A stretch of DNA of 60,485 nt from Candidatus Parcubacteria bacterium (GTDB taxonomy: Bacteria > Patescibacteriota > Saccharimonadia > Saccharimonadales > 2-12-FULL-41-12). A program made the translations under genes and the position numbers. This document shows, in pieces, positions 20,509 to 30,235 of this stretch. Numbering within the stretch: position 1 is the first letter of the stretch; the number at the start of each line of letters is the position of its first letter. The notes beneath the pieces are model-generated. The model was not told the origin of the DNA and ran no database searches. It saw only the letters and a list, made by a program, of their open reading frames with translations. The DNA lies in the NCBI GenBank assembly GCA_019347895.1, contig JAHWKM010000005.1, positions 1-60,485 on the forward strand. The letters are read 5' to 3'.

Positions 20509-21726
20509 TTAGAAATGTATGAATTCTAAGCCAGAAGCTCTGACGTTCATTTCGCTATATTGCCCTGGTGCTCCAAAATTGAACTGACTAACTCTGATCC
20601 ACCCACCCCCCAGAACCGCCTCTACGTACATTACATGTCCAACAGGTCCGTAGTATCCTCCTGCTTCAGCAACCGCCACATCACCAACCCTTGGGTTGCT
20701 GTCTACTTTAATACCAGCGCTACGAGCATTGTCATCCCACAGATGGGCATTACCACGTCCTCCCCAATAAGGCATGTCTCGGCCTGATGCAGCAACCCTA
20801 TAAGCGGTATAGCTAACGCACTCGCGGTTGTACATACCCCAATTGTCGATAGTGTTATCCAGCGGATAATTGCAACCCCAGCGAGCTCCAAAATTATTTA
20901 CCGCATCGCGAGGATAGCCACCGCCGCAATTTCCACGAGCAACAATACTGACTCCTCCGCTACTTATAGCCCGTTTATTAGCTGCAAGCTGCTCGGCACG
21001 TATACTAGCTATTCTTCTTTGATTTGCCCTGATCTGAGCTTCTACCTTATTTTGCTCACTTTTATTCAAAGATAGTAGCCTGTTTTTTTCACTGCGTTGG
21101 CTTAATAATTGATTTTTTAGCCTTGTTTGTTCTTTAAGCAGTTTTTCTGCTTTATCTTTTTTAGTACTTAAGTCCAGCTTTAGCTGGTTGACCTTATCAA
21201 GGGTGGTCTTTACCTGGGAGCTAACACTTTCCCTGTACTGCTGCTGGTCAAAAAAGTCCGCCAAATCGTCACTCGAGGCCAGCATTTCCACAGTTGAAAT
21301 GTCGCCTTCTACGTAAATAGCCCGAATTATATCTCTTAGCAAACCTTTTTGCCTTTCAAGCTCTATCTCGGCTTTTTTGATTTCTTGTTTTAGCTTCGTA
21401 ATTTCTTTCTGGTGAGCCCGGATAGCTCCCGCTTTAGCATTAATTTCAACTTGCAGCTTATTAACAAGGTCTTTTAAACTTTTGGCCTCCGATCCAAGCT
21501 GGGCTGCAGCGGCCTCTTTTTTATTATTTTGTTTTTCTAGTTCTTTAATCCTTGTATCAAACTGATCAGCCTGAGCAACAGAAAAGCCGGCGACAGAAAA
21601 GGCCATGACAAAAACCAAGCATAAGGCCATTATTCCTTGGCGGCTTAGAACGGAAATACTTCTGTTTTTAATTTTTTTTGATTTTGACATTTTTATTTTT
21701 TGAGTGTACAAATACAATTTTAGCAT
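20509..21726 (-). CDS. Coiled-coil + CHAP peptidoglycan hydrolase (PcsB/CwlO-like, FtsEX partner)
   Basis: Signal peptide, long coiled coil, RECVSY..GNAHLW..GHVMYVE; downstream of ftsEX. Confidence 0.88.
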   Translation of the reverse strand: MLKLYLYTQKIKMSKSKKIKNRSISVLSRQGIMALCLVFVMAFSVAGFSVAQADQFDTRIKELEKQNNKKEAAAAQLGSEAKSLKDLVNKLQVEINAKAGAIRAHQKEITKLKQEIKKAEIELERQKGLLRDIIRAIYVEGDISTVEMLASSDDLADFFDQQQYRESVSSQVKTTLDKVNQLKLDLSTKKDKAEKLLKEQTRLKNQLLSQRSEKNRLLSLNKSEQNKVEAQIRANQRRIASIRAEQLAANKRAISSGGVSIVARGNCGGGYPRDAVNNFGARWGCNYPLDNTIDNWGMYNRECVSYTAYRVAASGRDMPYWGGRGNAHLWDDNARSAGIKVDSNPRVGDVAVAEAGGYYGPVGHVMYVEAVLGGGWIRVSQFNFGAPGQYSEMNVRASGLEFIHF

Positions 21727-21879
21727 AAGCTTATAAATAAATCAACCCCTCTCCCCCAGGTTGCGGAGGAAATTATTTAGTATTAGATGTAGTTTGATTT
21801 TCGTAGTATTTATGTGTGGGGGGCGCAACCTGCCGGTTTTTCGGTATTTGTTTATTGCGCTTATGACTATACTAACACA

Positions 21880-22869
21880 CTATTTTCGGAGACGAAGTTT
21901 TTCTAATTTTTGGCGGAACATCGGATGCGACACCCGCAAATAGCGGTGAGTAGCAATGAGCGAAGAGACCACGCCGATAGCTATGCCGGCTCCTAGCTGC
22001 AGCAATAAGATCCACCAGAAGTTCGACGCAAAATAAGTATTGGTATATTGAAGATCCAAAAGTCCCAAGCTGGTCGCGCCAAATGCCTGGGACTGAAATA
22101 CAAATAATGAATTAATCAGCAGCAGAGAAATAACGGCGGATACTATGCCATAAAGCATGGCTTCCACTATAAAAGGACCTCTTATATACCAGGGGTTCGC
22201 GCCCAGCAGTCGCATGATGTTCAGCTCCTCGCGCCGGTTAAAAATAGCCATCTGAATGGTGTTAAATATCAGAAGCATGGAGATCACTGCGAAGATAACA
22301 ACACCCGCGAAGACTGCCCTCTTAAAAAAAGATGTGGCGTTGGTTATTTTATCTATGGCATCCTTGCGGCTGCCGGAGTATGAGGTTTCGGTATAAAGTT
22401 CCTTGACCTCCGGAGATTCTATGAGGGCTGTTATGCTTGCTATTTTATCGGGCTCATATTCATGCGGCTTGATTCGGACTGTCTCCGGCAAAGGGTTCTC
22501 TACCGAGGCCACGGCAATCAACGCGTCGGCATCCTGGTCGTTTTTTTTCTCTTTTCGGTAATCTTCCAGGGCTTTTTCTTTTGAAATGTATTCCACGGAT
22601 TTAACTTCAGGATTTTCTTGCAACTTTTCGAGCAATTCATTTCTCTGCTCTTCGTTCACTGAATCCTTTAAGTAAACAGATATGCCGATTTTGTCATTAA
22701 TTTGCTGAATGGTGTGATTGAAGGTCGCGTTGGCAATAACGGAAAACAAAACGATAGTAAGGGTTACGACCATAACTGCCGTGGCTGCCACGCTCAGGCT
22801 AATGTTGCGCACAAAGTTTACGCTACCGCTGCGAAATACTCTCGATAAGGTAATGAAACGCCTGTCCAT
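21880..22869 (-). CDS. ftsX: Cell division permease FtsX
   Basis: ENPLP, IFNTIQMAIFNRREE..IMRLLGA..IRGPF. Confidence 0.93.
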   Translation of the reverse strand: MDRRFITLSRVFRSGSVNFVRNISLSVAATAVMVVTLTIVLFSVIANATFNHTIQQINDKIGISVYLKDSVNEEQRNELLEKLQENPEVKSVEYISKEKALEDYRKEKKNDQDADALIAVASVENPLPETVRIKPHEYEPDKIASITALIESPEVKELYTETSYSGSRKDAIDKITNATSFFKRAVFAGVVIFAVISMLLIFNTIQMAIFNRREELNIMRLLGANPWYIRGPFIVEAMLYGIVSAVISLLLINSLFVFQSQAFGATSLGLLDLQYTNTYFASNFWWILLLQLGAGIAIGVVSSLIATHRYLRVSHPMFRQKLEKLRLRK

Positions 22870-22887
22870 ATTAGATTACACCTTTTC

Positions 22888-23060
22888 GATCTGCCTTACA
22901 CACTTGAGTGCCAGACACAATCCGCCCACGGCGGACGGACTGAGCCGTATAATTTATACGGCTCAGGAGTATCACAGGAGAAAATTGCGTCTGGCGCCAA
23001 GAAGCTGGCGGGGTTTTGGGCTCTGCCCGAAAGCGGGACAGCTGGTGTGTAAGGCAGATC
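22888..23060. repeat. Family II structured element between ftsE and ftsX
   Basis: Perfect 16-bp terminal IR gatctgccttacacac / gtgtgtaaggcagatc; internal 13-bp IR 22940-22966; homologous to 26762-26933 in the opposite orientation. Confidence 0.85.
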
Positions 23061-23742
23061 ACTCGTTATACCCGCTGTTAGCCCTATCGCTGACGATTTT
23101 GCCGTCTCTTATAGTCACCACGCGTCTTTTCAGACGGTTTACAATTTCTTGATTATGGGTAGTCAAAAGCACAGTCGTGCCGAATTTATTAATTCTTTCT
23201 AATACTTTTATAACGTCCCAGGCATGCTTCGGGTCAAGATTGCCGGTCGGTTCATCGGCTATTAATATCTTTGGCTGGCGGACAACCGCCCTGGCTATCG
23301 CTACCCGCTGCATTTCGCCTCCCGATAATTCGCGCGGATAATTCTTGGCCTTATTTTTAAGTCCGACAATATTTAATACTTTAGGCACGGTATAACGGAT
23401 TTCCCGGTTGGAATAACCGGCAATTTCCAGAGCGAACGCTACATTTTCAAAGACGGATTTATTGGGCAGCAATTTAAAATCCTGAAAAACCACGCCTATT
23501 TTTCGACGAAGCCTAGGAATATTTTTATCCTTTAACCGTTCATAATCTATTCCGCCGATAATAATTTTGCCGCTTGAAGGTTTCTCTTCCCTAGTCAAAA
23601 TTTTAAGCAGCGTGGATTTGCCGGCACCACTTGGACCTACGATAATCACGAATTCCCTCGGTTCAACATGCAAGCTAATCCGGTCCAGGGCAGCCATCTT
23701 CCTAGGCTGGTATGTTTTAGTTACTCGATCCAAAAGAATCAT
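23059..23742 (-). CDS. ftsE: Cell division ATP-binding protein FtsE
   Basis: GPSGAGKST, VVFQDFKLL, LSGGE, ADEPTGNLDP; start MILLDRV. Confidence 0.95.
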   Translation of the reverse strand: MILLDRVTKTYQPRKMAALDRISLHVEPREFVIIVGPSGAGKSTLLKILTREEKPSSGKIIIGGIDYERLKDKNIPRLRRKIGVVFQDFKLLPNKSVFENVAFALEIAGYSNREIRYTVPKVLNIVGLKNKAKNYPRELSGGEMQRVAIARAVVRQPKILIADEPTGNLDPKHAWDVIKVLERINKFGTTVLLTTHNQEIVNRLKRRVVTIRDGKIVSDRANSGYNE

Positions 23743-23811
23743 TAGCACTATTATAGCAAAAACGCTCATCTTTAGATAAAGAAGTAAAATCTTATTTATA
23801 ATAAAGAACGA

Positions 23812-24365
23812 ATTTCCGGTACTTCGTACCTACAGCCATCTTCTTTCGACAAAGAAGCAAGTCCATTCTTTTGTGCCGACAAAAGAATGCAAAAACTCTT
23901 GGGCGTCGATCCATCATGACTGTCTCATTGCCAAAAGCAACAACGGCTTGAAAAACTCCCTTTGGTCGGCTTCGCTCTTTATTAATTAATAAAGATGTCG
24001 CTCAGCTCGCTTTCAAGCCTTAAAGTTGTTGTTTTGACACTCGTCAATCAGGACGGCTCTCTATGCCCAAACACGGGAGAATGGAATTTCCATTACTATT
24101 TAATTTGAGAAATTGAAGAATTTCTCATCTACTTTTGGTCAGGCTCTGGAAGTTCCTGATGAGTGAATGTCTAAAGCACAATTTCTAGCGAGGAAGTGTC
24201 TGAAGCTTTCCATCCTATGGATCAATAAAGGAAGGCTGAGTTTTCCGAAGCATTGTGCTCTTTGACAATGAACTCCTCAAGAACTGGAAGCCGCCTGCGG
24301 CATTTTGGGATACTTTTGCTGCTGCTGGGAAAAGTATCGACTTGTTTCTTGGTCACAAGAAAATG
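23812..24365. repeat. Family I nested-palindrome element, locus 3 (two full inverted arms)
   Basis: Left arm (about 23834-24135) is the reverse complement of the locus 1/2 right arms; right arm (24140-24365) is a diverged forward copy. Confidence 0.85.
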
Positions 24366-24368
24366 ACC

Positions 24369-25445
24369 TTATTTAATAGAATAATCAGTATAGGCTTCGA
24401 GGAAGTCATTTAGGTCGCCGTCCAGGACCTTGTCCGGGTCTTTGCTCTCATAACCCGTCCGCAAATCTTTTACCTGTTTATAGGGGTGTAGGACATAGTT
24501 TCGTATTTGGTTGCCCCAGGCGGCCTGTTCATTCGGGCCCTTCAGTTGGGAAATTTTTTCGGCATGCTGCTCTATTTTCAATTGGGCCAGTTTGGAGCGC
24601 AAGATTGTCATAGCTGTTTCTTTATTCTGTAGCTGCGAACGCTCGTTTTGGATACTGACAACAATACCGGTTGGCAAATGCGTAACGCGCACGGCTGAAT
24701 CGGTAGTGTTTACGCTCTGGCCACCTCGTCCGCCAGCCCGGAAAACATCGATTTTCAGCTCGCTGTCATCTATTGGCAGGGATTCAGGTTCGTCAATTTC
24801 GGGCATAATGTCGACTTTGGCAAAGCTGGTTTGGCGCAAGCTTTGGGCGTTAAATGGGCTCTGCCGGACCAGACGATGGACACCATGCTCGCCTTTTAGC
24901 TTGCCGTAGGCCAGCGGACCAGAAATTTCTAAACTTACACTTTTTAGACCGGCCTCATCGCCGATAGATTCATCTAAAATCCTGGCTTTGTAGCCTTGCG
25001 CCTCCGCCCAGCGCAAATACATCCGCTGCAGCATAGCCGCCCAGTCCTGAGCGTCAACGCCGCCAGCCCCAGCCCGTATATCCAAAAGAACGTTATGTTC
25101 GTCGTACGGACCGCTAAAAGCCAGGTCCGTGTGCATACTCGTATATTTTTTTCGCAAAATTTTAAATTGTTTTTCTATGCCAAGCCGCAAAGACTCATCG
25201 TGCATCTCCAGCAATTCCTTTAGTTCCGCTGACTCTTTTTGCAGCTGTTCCCAAGCGTTAATTTTTTCTTCCAACCGTGCCAGCTGCTGCATTACCTTGA
25301 TAGCTTTTTGATTATCGTTCCAAAATCCCGGTTCTTCGCTTTTTTTCTTTAATTCTATTTGCTTCTTTTTTATTTTTTCCAAATCAATAGCCTCAACATC
25401 TTTTTGAATATTGCCGGCTAATTCGTTTATTTGCTGGGCGTCCAT
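24369..25445 (-). CDS. prfB: Peptide chain release factor 2 (single ORF, no frameshift)
   Basis: SPF motif (RQSPFN), GGQ, WGNQIRNYV. Confidence 0.96.
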   Translation of the reverse strand: MDAQQINELAGNIQKDVEAIDLEKIKKKQIELKKKSEEPGFWNDNQKAIKVMQQLARLEEKINAWEQLQKESAELKELLEMHDESLRLGIEKQFKILRKKYTSMHTDLAFSGPYDEHNVLLDIRAGAGGVDAQDWAAMLQRMYLRWAEAQGYKARILDESIGDEAGLKSVSLEISGPLAYGKLKGEHGVHRLVRQSPFNAQSLRQTSFAKVDIMPEIDEPESLPIDDSELKIDVFRAGGRGGQSVNTTDSAVRVTHLPTGIVVSIQNERSQLQNKETAMTILRSKLAQLKIEQHAEKISQLKGPNEQAAWGNQIRNYVLHPYKQVKDLRTGYESKDPDKVLDGDLNDFLEAYTDYSIK

Positions 25446-25473
25446 GGTATCTGGCTTAATTCTTTGGCAGCTT

Positions 25474-26760
25474 TCAATTCCAAAGCGCGCTTAATTTTTC
25501 GGCCAGTTTATCGGCTGGGCGGCGGTCCGTGCCGCCTAAAATTCCCAAGCCCCAATTTTTATCCGTGAATAAATCTTGTACGCCCTTAACGATTTGCTGT
25601 TTGGTTACGGCCTTTATATGCTGCGGTGTTTTAGTATACTCCTCGATTTTGTCCTCAAAGAAATACCGGCCCATGTAGCCCGCGGATAACCCGCCAACTG
25701 TCTGAACGTCGCGCTGGAATCGCCCCAGCCGGTATTGTTTAGCGGCCTTAAGATCCTTTTCGGTTATCTTGCCGTCTTGTATTTTCTTTATCTCAGTAAT
25801 GATAATATCAAATAATTTCGAGGCATTTTTAGGCTGGACCTGAGCTCCAAACCACCAGTTGGTGGTATATTTGTCAAAAAATATGTTGGAATTCATACCG
25901 TAAACTAAGCCTCTCTCACGGGCTTTGCCCAGTACCCGCGAGTGCAAGGTCTCGGTTAGCATGCTGTTAACTAAGCTCATGGCATACAGTTCCTTTTCTC
26001 TCATGCGCCGAGCCATAAAGGTATCAAAATAAAAATAAAAGTTATCGACTGTTTCATTAGGAATAAATAGCGGTTTTTTGAGGCTCGTTGGTCGTTCTTC
26101 CGGTAATTTTTTACGACCGCCGCCTTTTGGTAAACCAATTGCGGCTAGACGTTTTTTAATATGATTGCGCCGGTTTAGAGTTAGATTGCCGGCGATGACG
26201 AATCTGATATTGCTGGTGTAGTGCGTTTTTTTATAGTGGTCAACTAAATCCTGGCAGGTGACGTTATCCATAAGCTCCAAGCGTTTTTGATAGGTGGCTG
26301 AATGGTAGCCGTAAGCTTCACGCAAGGCCAAGCTGAGGTGCCGGAAATGATTATTCGACCGAGCCATGAGCTCTTCCCGGACATTGCCTACCTCGGCCTT
26401 AAATTCTTCTTCGGCAAAAAGCGGTTCCGCCAAAGAAAGAATCATCCGGTCTATTATGCGCTGCCACTCAAAATCAGCGCACTCGGCTTCATAAGTTATG
26501 TCGTAATGGCCGGTACTGGCATTGGAATACGCTCCGTTTTTTTCAAAATCCGCCTGAAAATCCCGGGCTCTCGGAAATTTCTTATTGGCGCCTAAAATGA
26601 CATGTTCCATCAGATGCGGCGCCTCCCATTTTGCTTCCGGAACCAGATATTCTCCCGCCCGGACATTTATATAAAAAGTCATGACGCTGGCATCGGGGAC
26701 ATTAATAAATAGCCCCCTGGCCCCGTTATCGAATCTAGCTTCAGAAACCCAATGCTTCAT
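25474..26760 (-). CDS. M16 (pitrilysin) family zinc peptidase
   Basis: HLMEH inverted zincin motif, NAST, RERGLVYG; start MKHWVSE. Confidence 0.88.
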   Translation of the reverse strand: MKHWVSEARFDNGARGLFINVPDASVMTFYINVRAGEYLVPEAKWEAPHLMEHVILGANKKFPRARDFQADFEKNGAYSNASTGHYDITYEAECADFEWQRIIDRMILSLAEPLFAEEEFKAEVGNVREELMARSNNHFRHLSLALREAYGYHSATYQKRLELMDNVTCQDLVDHYKKTHYTSNIRFVIAGNLTLNRRNHIKKRLAAIGLPKGGGRKKLPEERPTSLKKPLFIPNETVDNFYFYFDTFMARRMREKELYAMSLVNSMLTETLHSRVLGKARERGLVYGMNSNIFFDKYTTNWWFGAQVQPKNASKLFDIIITEIKKIQDGKITEKDLKAAKQYRLGRFQRDVQTVGGLSAGYMGRYFFEDKIEEYTKTPQHIKAVTKQQIVKGVQDLFTDKNWGLGILGGTDRRPADKLAEKLSALWN

Positions 26761-26761
26761 C

Positions 26762-26933
26762 CAGATCTCCTGCACCATTCTGCCCGCCAAACTGCAAAGC
26801 CGTCTGCCCCGCAGGATTCTTGAGCTAAAACGCGATTTTCTTCTGCGGTACTCAAGGCGACGTACATATTTCCGTACGTCTTTTTCCGTTCCTCAAAGAG
26901 AAATCGCTTTTTAACTTCAAGTGCAGAATTCTG
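26762..26933. repeat. Family II structured element between secA and the M16 peptidase
   Basis: Closing stem ctgcac/gtgcag, inner gacgtac..gtacgtc (26859-26880); aligns with the ftsE-ftsX element. Confidence 0.75.
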
Positions 26934-26938
26934 ATACA

Positions 26939-29545
26939 TTACTTGCGCTTCTTGCTCTTCTTTCTTCTTTGACGCTCGGCTTTTCGCGATTTTTTAATCT
27001 TATTGTGGGATCTCCTGAGTTCGCTATTTTGTTTCTTTTCAGAGGCGAAATGGGCTTCTTCGAATTCCTGGCCTTCTATAATTTTGTCGGCATTATCGAC
27101 AGATCCGCGAGCGGCGCGCGTAAGTTCGGTCTCTACCGAACGGTTAAGCTCGGACTGCTCGAGCGGACGCGCATGAAAGAGCGCCCGGACTACATCGTGC
27201 CGCAAGTCCCGCTGCATTTGCTCAAAAATAATTTGCGACTGTTTTCGATATTCTACCAAAGGGTCTTTTTGGCCGACACCCATCCAGTGGATTCCTTCGC
27301 GCAGATGCTCCATATTCTCCAGATGCTGCATCCAGAAATTATCCAAGATCTGCAAATACGCATCCCGCTCGACTTTTCGTAATATTTCAGGGGTGAAGCG
27401 CTCTTCTTGCTCTTTATAAAGTTCATCGGCCGCCTTGATCAGTTCCTCTTCAAACTTCTCGGCCGGCTGGTCAAACAAATGATCCAAAGTACCCTCGTCA
27501 AAAGGAAAAACTTCCTTCACGAAAGCCTCGTAATCTTCACTCGCGGCTTGCGGCGAATTGGCCAGGTCTTTGGCCTCTGAATGAATGAAAATTTTAATAC
27601 GCTTGCTGATGTCGGCTTGTTTTAGAATTTCCGAACGCATCATATAGGTAGCTTTGCGGTGGCGATTCATCACATCGTCGTATTTAACGACGTTTTTTCT
27701 GGCATCAAAGTTAAAGCCTTCTACCTTCTTTTGCGCGCCCTCCAGGCTTTTGCTAATAACCCGATTTTCAACCGGCGTGTCATCATCTACGTTCATGCGG
27801 TCCATAACCTTCATTATTCTCTCGCCGCCGAACACACGCATCAAATGGTCTTCGCAGGAAACAAAAAATTGTGTCGCGCCCGGATCTCCCTGGCGGCCGG
27901 AGCGTCCGCGCAGCTGGTTGTCGATCCGCCGGGCCTCATGCCGCTCCGAGCCGACTACGAATAAACCGCCGGCCTTTTTGGAGTCCTCATCAAGTACAAT
28001 ATCTGTTCCGCGGCCGGCAATATTGGTAGCCAGCGTGACAGCACCGCGCGTTCCGGCCTTGGCAATAATCGCGGCTTCCCGCTCGTTGTTTTTTGCGTTT
28101 AATACCTGGTGGGGCACCTCAGCTTTTTTTAGCAGGCTGGTGAGTTTCTCATTCTTTTCGATTGACGCCGTTCCTATTAAAACCGGCTGGCCGTTTTTAT
28201 GCAGTTTCTTTACTTCGGCTATCAAGGCTTTGAACTTGCCGGCCTCATTTTTAAAGATTTTGTCCGGTAAATCTTTACGTATGAGTTTTTTATGGGGCGG
28301 AATCTCCAGAACCTCAAGTTTGTAGATCATATGGAATTCTTCAGCCTCGGTCAACGCCGTACCGGTCATACCCGACAATTTTTTATACAGGCGGAAGTAG
28401 TTCTGAAAGCTGATTGTCGCTAAGGTTTGGGATTCTTCTTGGATTTCGACGTTTTCTTTGGCTTCGATTGCCTGATGGAGTCCTTCGTTATAGCGCCGGC
28501 CGGCTAGCAAGCGTCCGGTAAATTCGTCGACTATCACTATTTCGCCGCTGCTGGTGACCACATAGTCTTTGTCGCGCTTAAAAAGTGCTTGGGCGCGCAA
28601 TGCCTTGTCCAGGTGGTAAATTGTTCGGATATTGCCGGTACCATAAAGATTATCGATACCTAATATTTTTTCGACTAAATCGACGCCGTCATCATTTAGG
28701 GCAACTTGTTTGCGCTTTTCGTCGACCTCATAATGCTTGTCGCGCTCCAGCTGGCGAACCACTTTGGCGAATTGCTGGTAAGATGTGCTGCTGGCTGTAG
28801 AAGGGGCTGAAATAATCAGCGGTGTGCGGGCCTCGTCAATTAAAATCGAATCCACCTCGTCAACAATAGCAAAATTTAAATCTCGCTGGCGCAATTGTTC
28901 AATCTCACGAACCATATTGTCGCGCAAATAATCAAATCCGAATTCATTGTTGGTGCCGAAGGTTATATCAGCCCGGTAAGCTTCCTGGCGGGTGCATGGT
29001 TTTAAATGGTGCATTCTTGGGTCGTCATGTTCTTCGTTTTTATATTTGGAATCAAATATAACTGATTTCTCAGGTATAATGGCTCCGACGCTAAGGCCTA
29101 AAAAGTCATAAACTTCACCCATCCAGCCGGTGTCGCGCTGCGCCAGGTAATCATTAACCGTGACCACATGCACGCCTTTGCCTTCCAGCGCGTTCAAATA
29201 AGCCGGCAAGGTAGAGGTAAGAGTTTTACCCTCGCCGGTTTTCATCTCCGTAACAGCACCTGTATGCAGGCCCATTCCGCCGATCAGCTGTACGTCGAAA
29301 TGCCGCTGCCCTAACGTCCTTCTAGCTGCTTCTCTGACGGTTGCAAAAGCTTCGGGTAATATTTCATCAAGCATTTTGCCTTTTTCTAATTCACTTTTGA
29401 ATTTATCGGTTTGGTTCCTAAGATCTGTATCGGATAATTTTTTGATTTTCGGCTCAAGGTCATTGATTTCGCTAACGCGTTTAGTTAGCTTTTTTACCGT
29501 CCTGATTTGCGGGTCGCCAAAAACTTTTTTAAGAATTTTTTTCAT
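26939..29545 (-). CDS. secA: Preprotein translocase ATPase SecA
   Basis: EMKTGEGKT, VTVNDYLA, IVDEVDSILIDEARTPL, QLRGRSGRQGDPG. Confidence 0.98.
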   Translation of the reverse strand: MKKILKKVFGDPQIRTVKKLTKRVSEINDLEPKIKKLSDTDLRNQTDKFKSELEKGKMLDEILPEAFATVREAARRTLGQRHFDVQLIGGMGLHTGAVTEMKTGEGKTLTSTLPAYLNALEGKGVHVVTVNDYLAQRDTGWMGEVYDFLGLSVGAIIPEKSVIFDSKYKNEEHDDPRMHHLKPCTRQEAYRADITFGTNNEFGFDYLRDNMVREIEQLRQRDLNFAIVDEVDSILIDEARTPLIISAPSTASSTSYQQFAKVVRQLERDKHYEVDEKRKQVALNDDGVDLVEKILGIDNLYGTGNIRTIYHLDKALRAQALFKRDKDYVVTSSGEIVIVDEFTGRLLAGRRYNEGLHQAIEAKENVEIQEESQTLATISFQNYFRLYKKLSGMTGTALTEAEEFHMIYKLEVLEIPPHKKLIRKDLPDKIFKNEAGKFKALIAEVKKLHKNGQPVLIGTASIEKNEKLTSLLKKAEVPHQVLNAKNNEREAAIIAKAGTRGAVTLATNIAGRGTDIVLDEDSKKAGGLFVVGSERHEARRIDNQLRGRSGRQGDPGATQFFVSCEDHLMRVFGGERIMKVMDRMNVDDDTPVENRVISKSLEGAQKKVEGFNFDARKNVVKYDDVMNRHRKATYMMRSEILKQADISKRIKIFIHSEAKDLANSPQAASEDYEAFVKEVFPFDEGTLDHLFDQPAEKFEEELIKAADELYKEQEERFTPEILRKVERDAYLQILDNFWMQHLENMEHLREGIHWMGVGQKDPLVEYRKQSQIIFEQMQRDLRHDVVRALFHARPLEQSELNRSVETELTRAARGSVDNADKIIEGQEFEEAHFASEKKQNSELRRSHNKIKKSRKAERQRRKKSKKRK

Positions 29546-29614
29546 AAATTATATTCACTTACCTCCAAGTGGTTTTGATACATTGTAACGTTTTTTATCA
29601 GTTGTTTCCAGAGT

Positions 29615-30235
29615 TTATAGCGTGAAGCGTATTTCTTCCTTTTTAACGGGCGCGCCATTTTCAAAATGATAAACCAATATTAATTCATGCGGCATTTCAA
29701 CTTGGCTTACGGCCTCATCCGCCAAGCCGTCCAAGTGCTTGATAAGCGCCCGGTTAGTATTGCCGTGAGTGACCGAGATTACGATTTCTCCGGCGGCAAT
29801 CTCAGGCAATATATTTTTTTGTAAATATGGAACGGCTCGCTCGTAAACGTCCTTTAGCGATTCACCTTCCGGTACACGGTAATCCCAGCTGCGGCGGATT
29901 TGCATAAACTCCGCGTCCCCAACCTCTTTTTTAACCTGCCACTTGTTTTTGCCGGCAAATTTACCATAACTGCGTTCGTTTAAATGCTGGTGGGCTTGGA
30001 CGGGTATTGCCTGCTCGTTAATTATTATATGCTCATGAATGATTTGCCATGTATGTTTAGCGCGGATTAGCTCTGATGTGTAAGCTTTGGAAACACCGTA
30101 ATTCCTTAATGCTTCAGCAATAGCTTTGGCGTGCTTTTTGCCCTTCGGACTTAACAGCGGGTCGTGCCAGCCGGTCCATAAGCCTTTAGCGTTATATACC
30201 GTTTCTCCATGCCGGACTAATATTAATTTAGACAT
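29615..30235 (-). CDS. gpmA: 2,3-BPG-dependent phosphoglycerate mutase
   Basis: LVRHGET, WTGWHD, LNERSYG, GESLKD, HGN; coupled to eno. Confidence 0.9.
   Translation of the reverse strand: MSKLILVRHGETVYNAKGLWTGWHDPLLSPKGKKHAKAIAEALRNYGVSKAYTSELIRAKHTWQIIHEHIIINEQAIPVQAHQHLNERSYGKFAGKNKWQVKKEVGDAEFMQIRRSWDYRVPEGESLKDVYERAVPYLQKNILPEIAAGEIVISVTHGNTNRALIKHLDGLADEAVSQVEMPHELILVYHFENGAPVKKEEIRFTL

Noticed and set aside
8982-24365. Family I repeats as a CRISPR array or tRNA/rRNA fragments
   Set aside because: Copies are dispersed, long and nested-palindromic, with no repeat-spacer periodicity, cloverleaf or rRNA signature; no cas1/cas2 in the window.
24369-25445. Programmed +1 frameshift in prfB
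   Set aside because: The frame is continuous from MDAQQ with no CTT-TGA slippery site; frameshift-less prfB is common.
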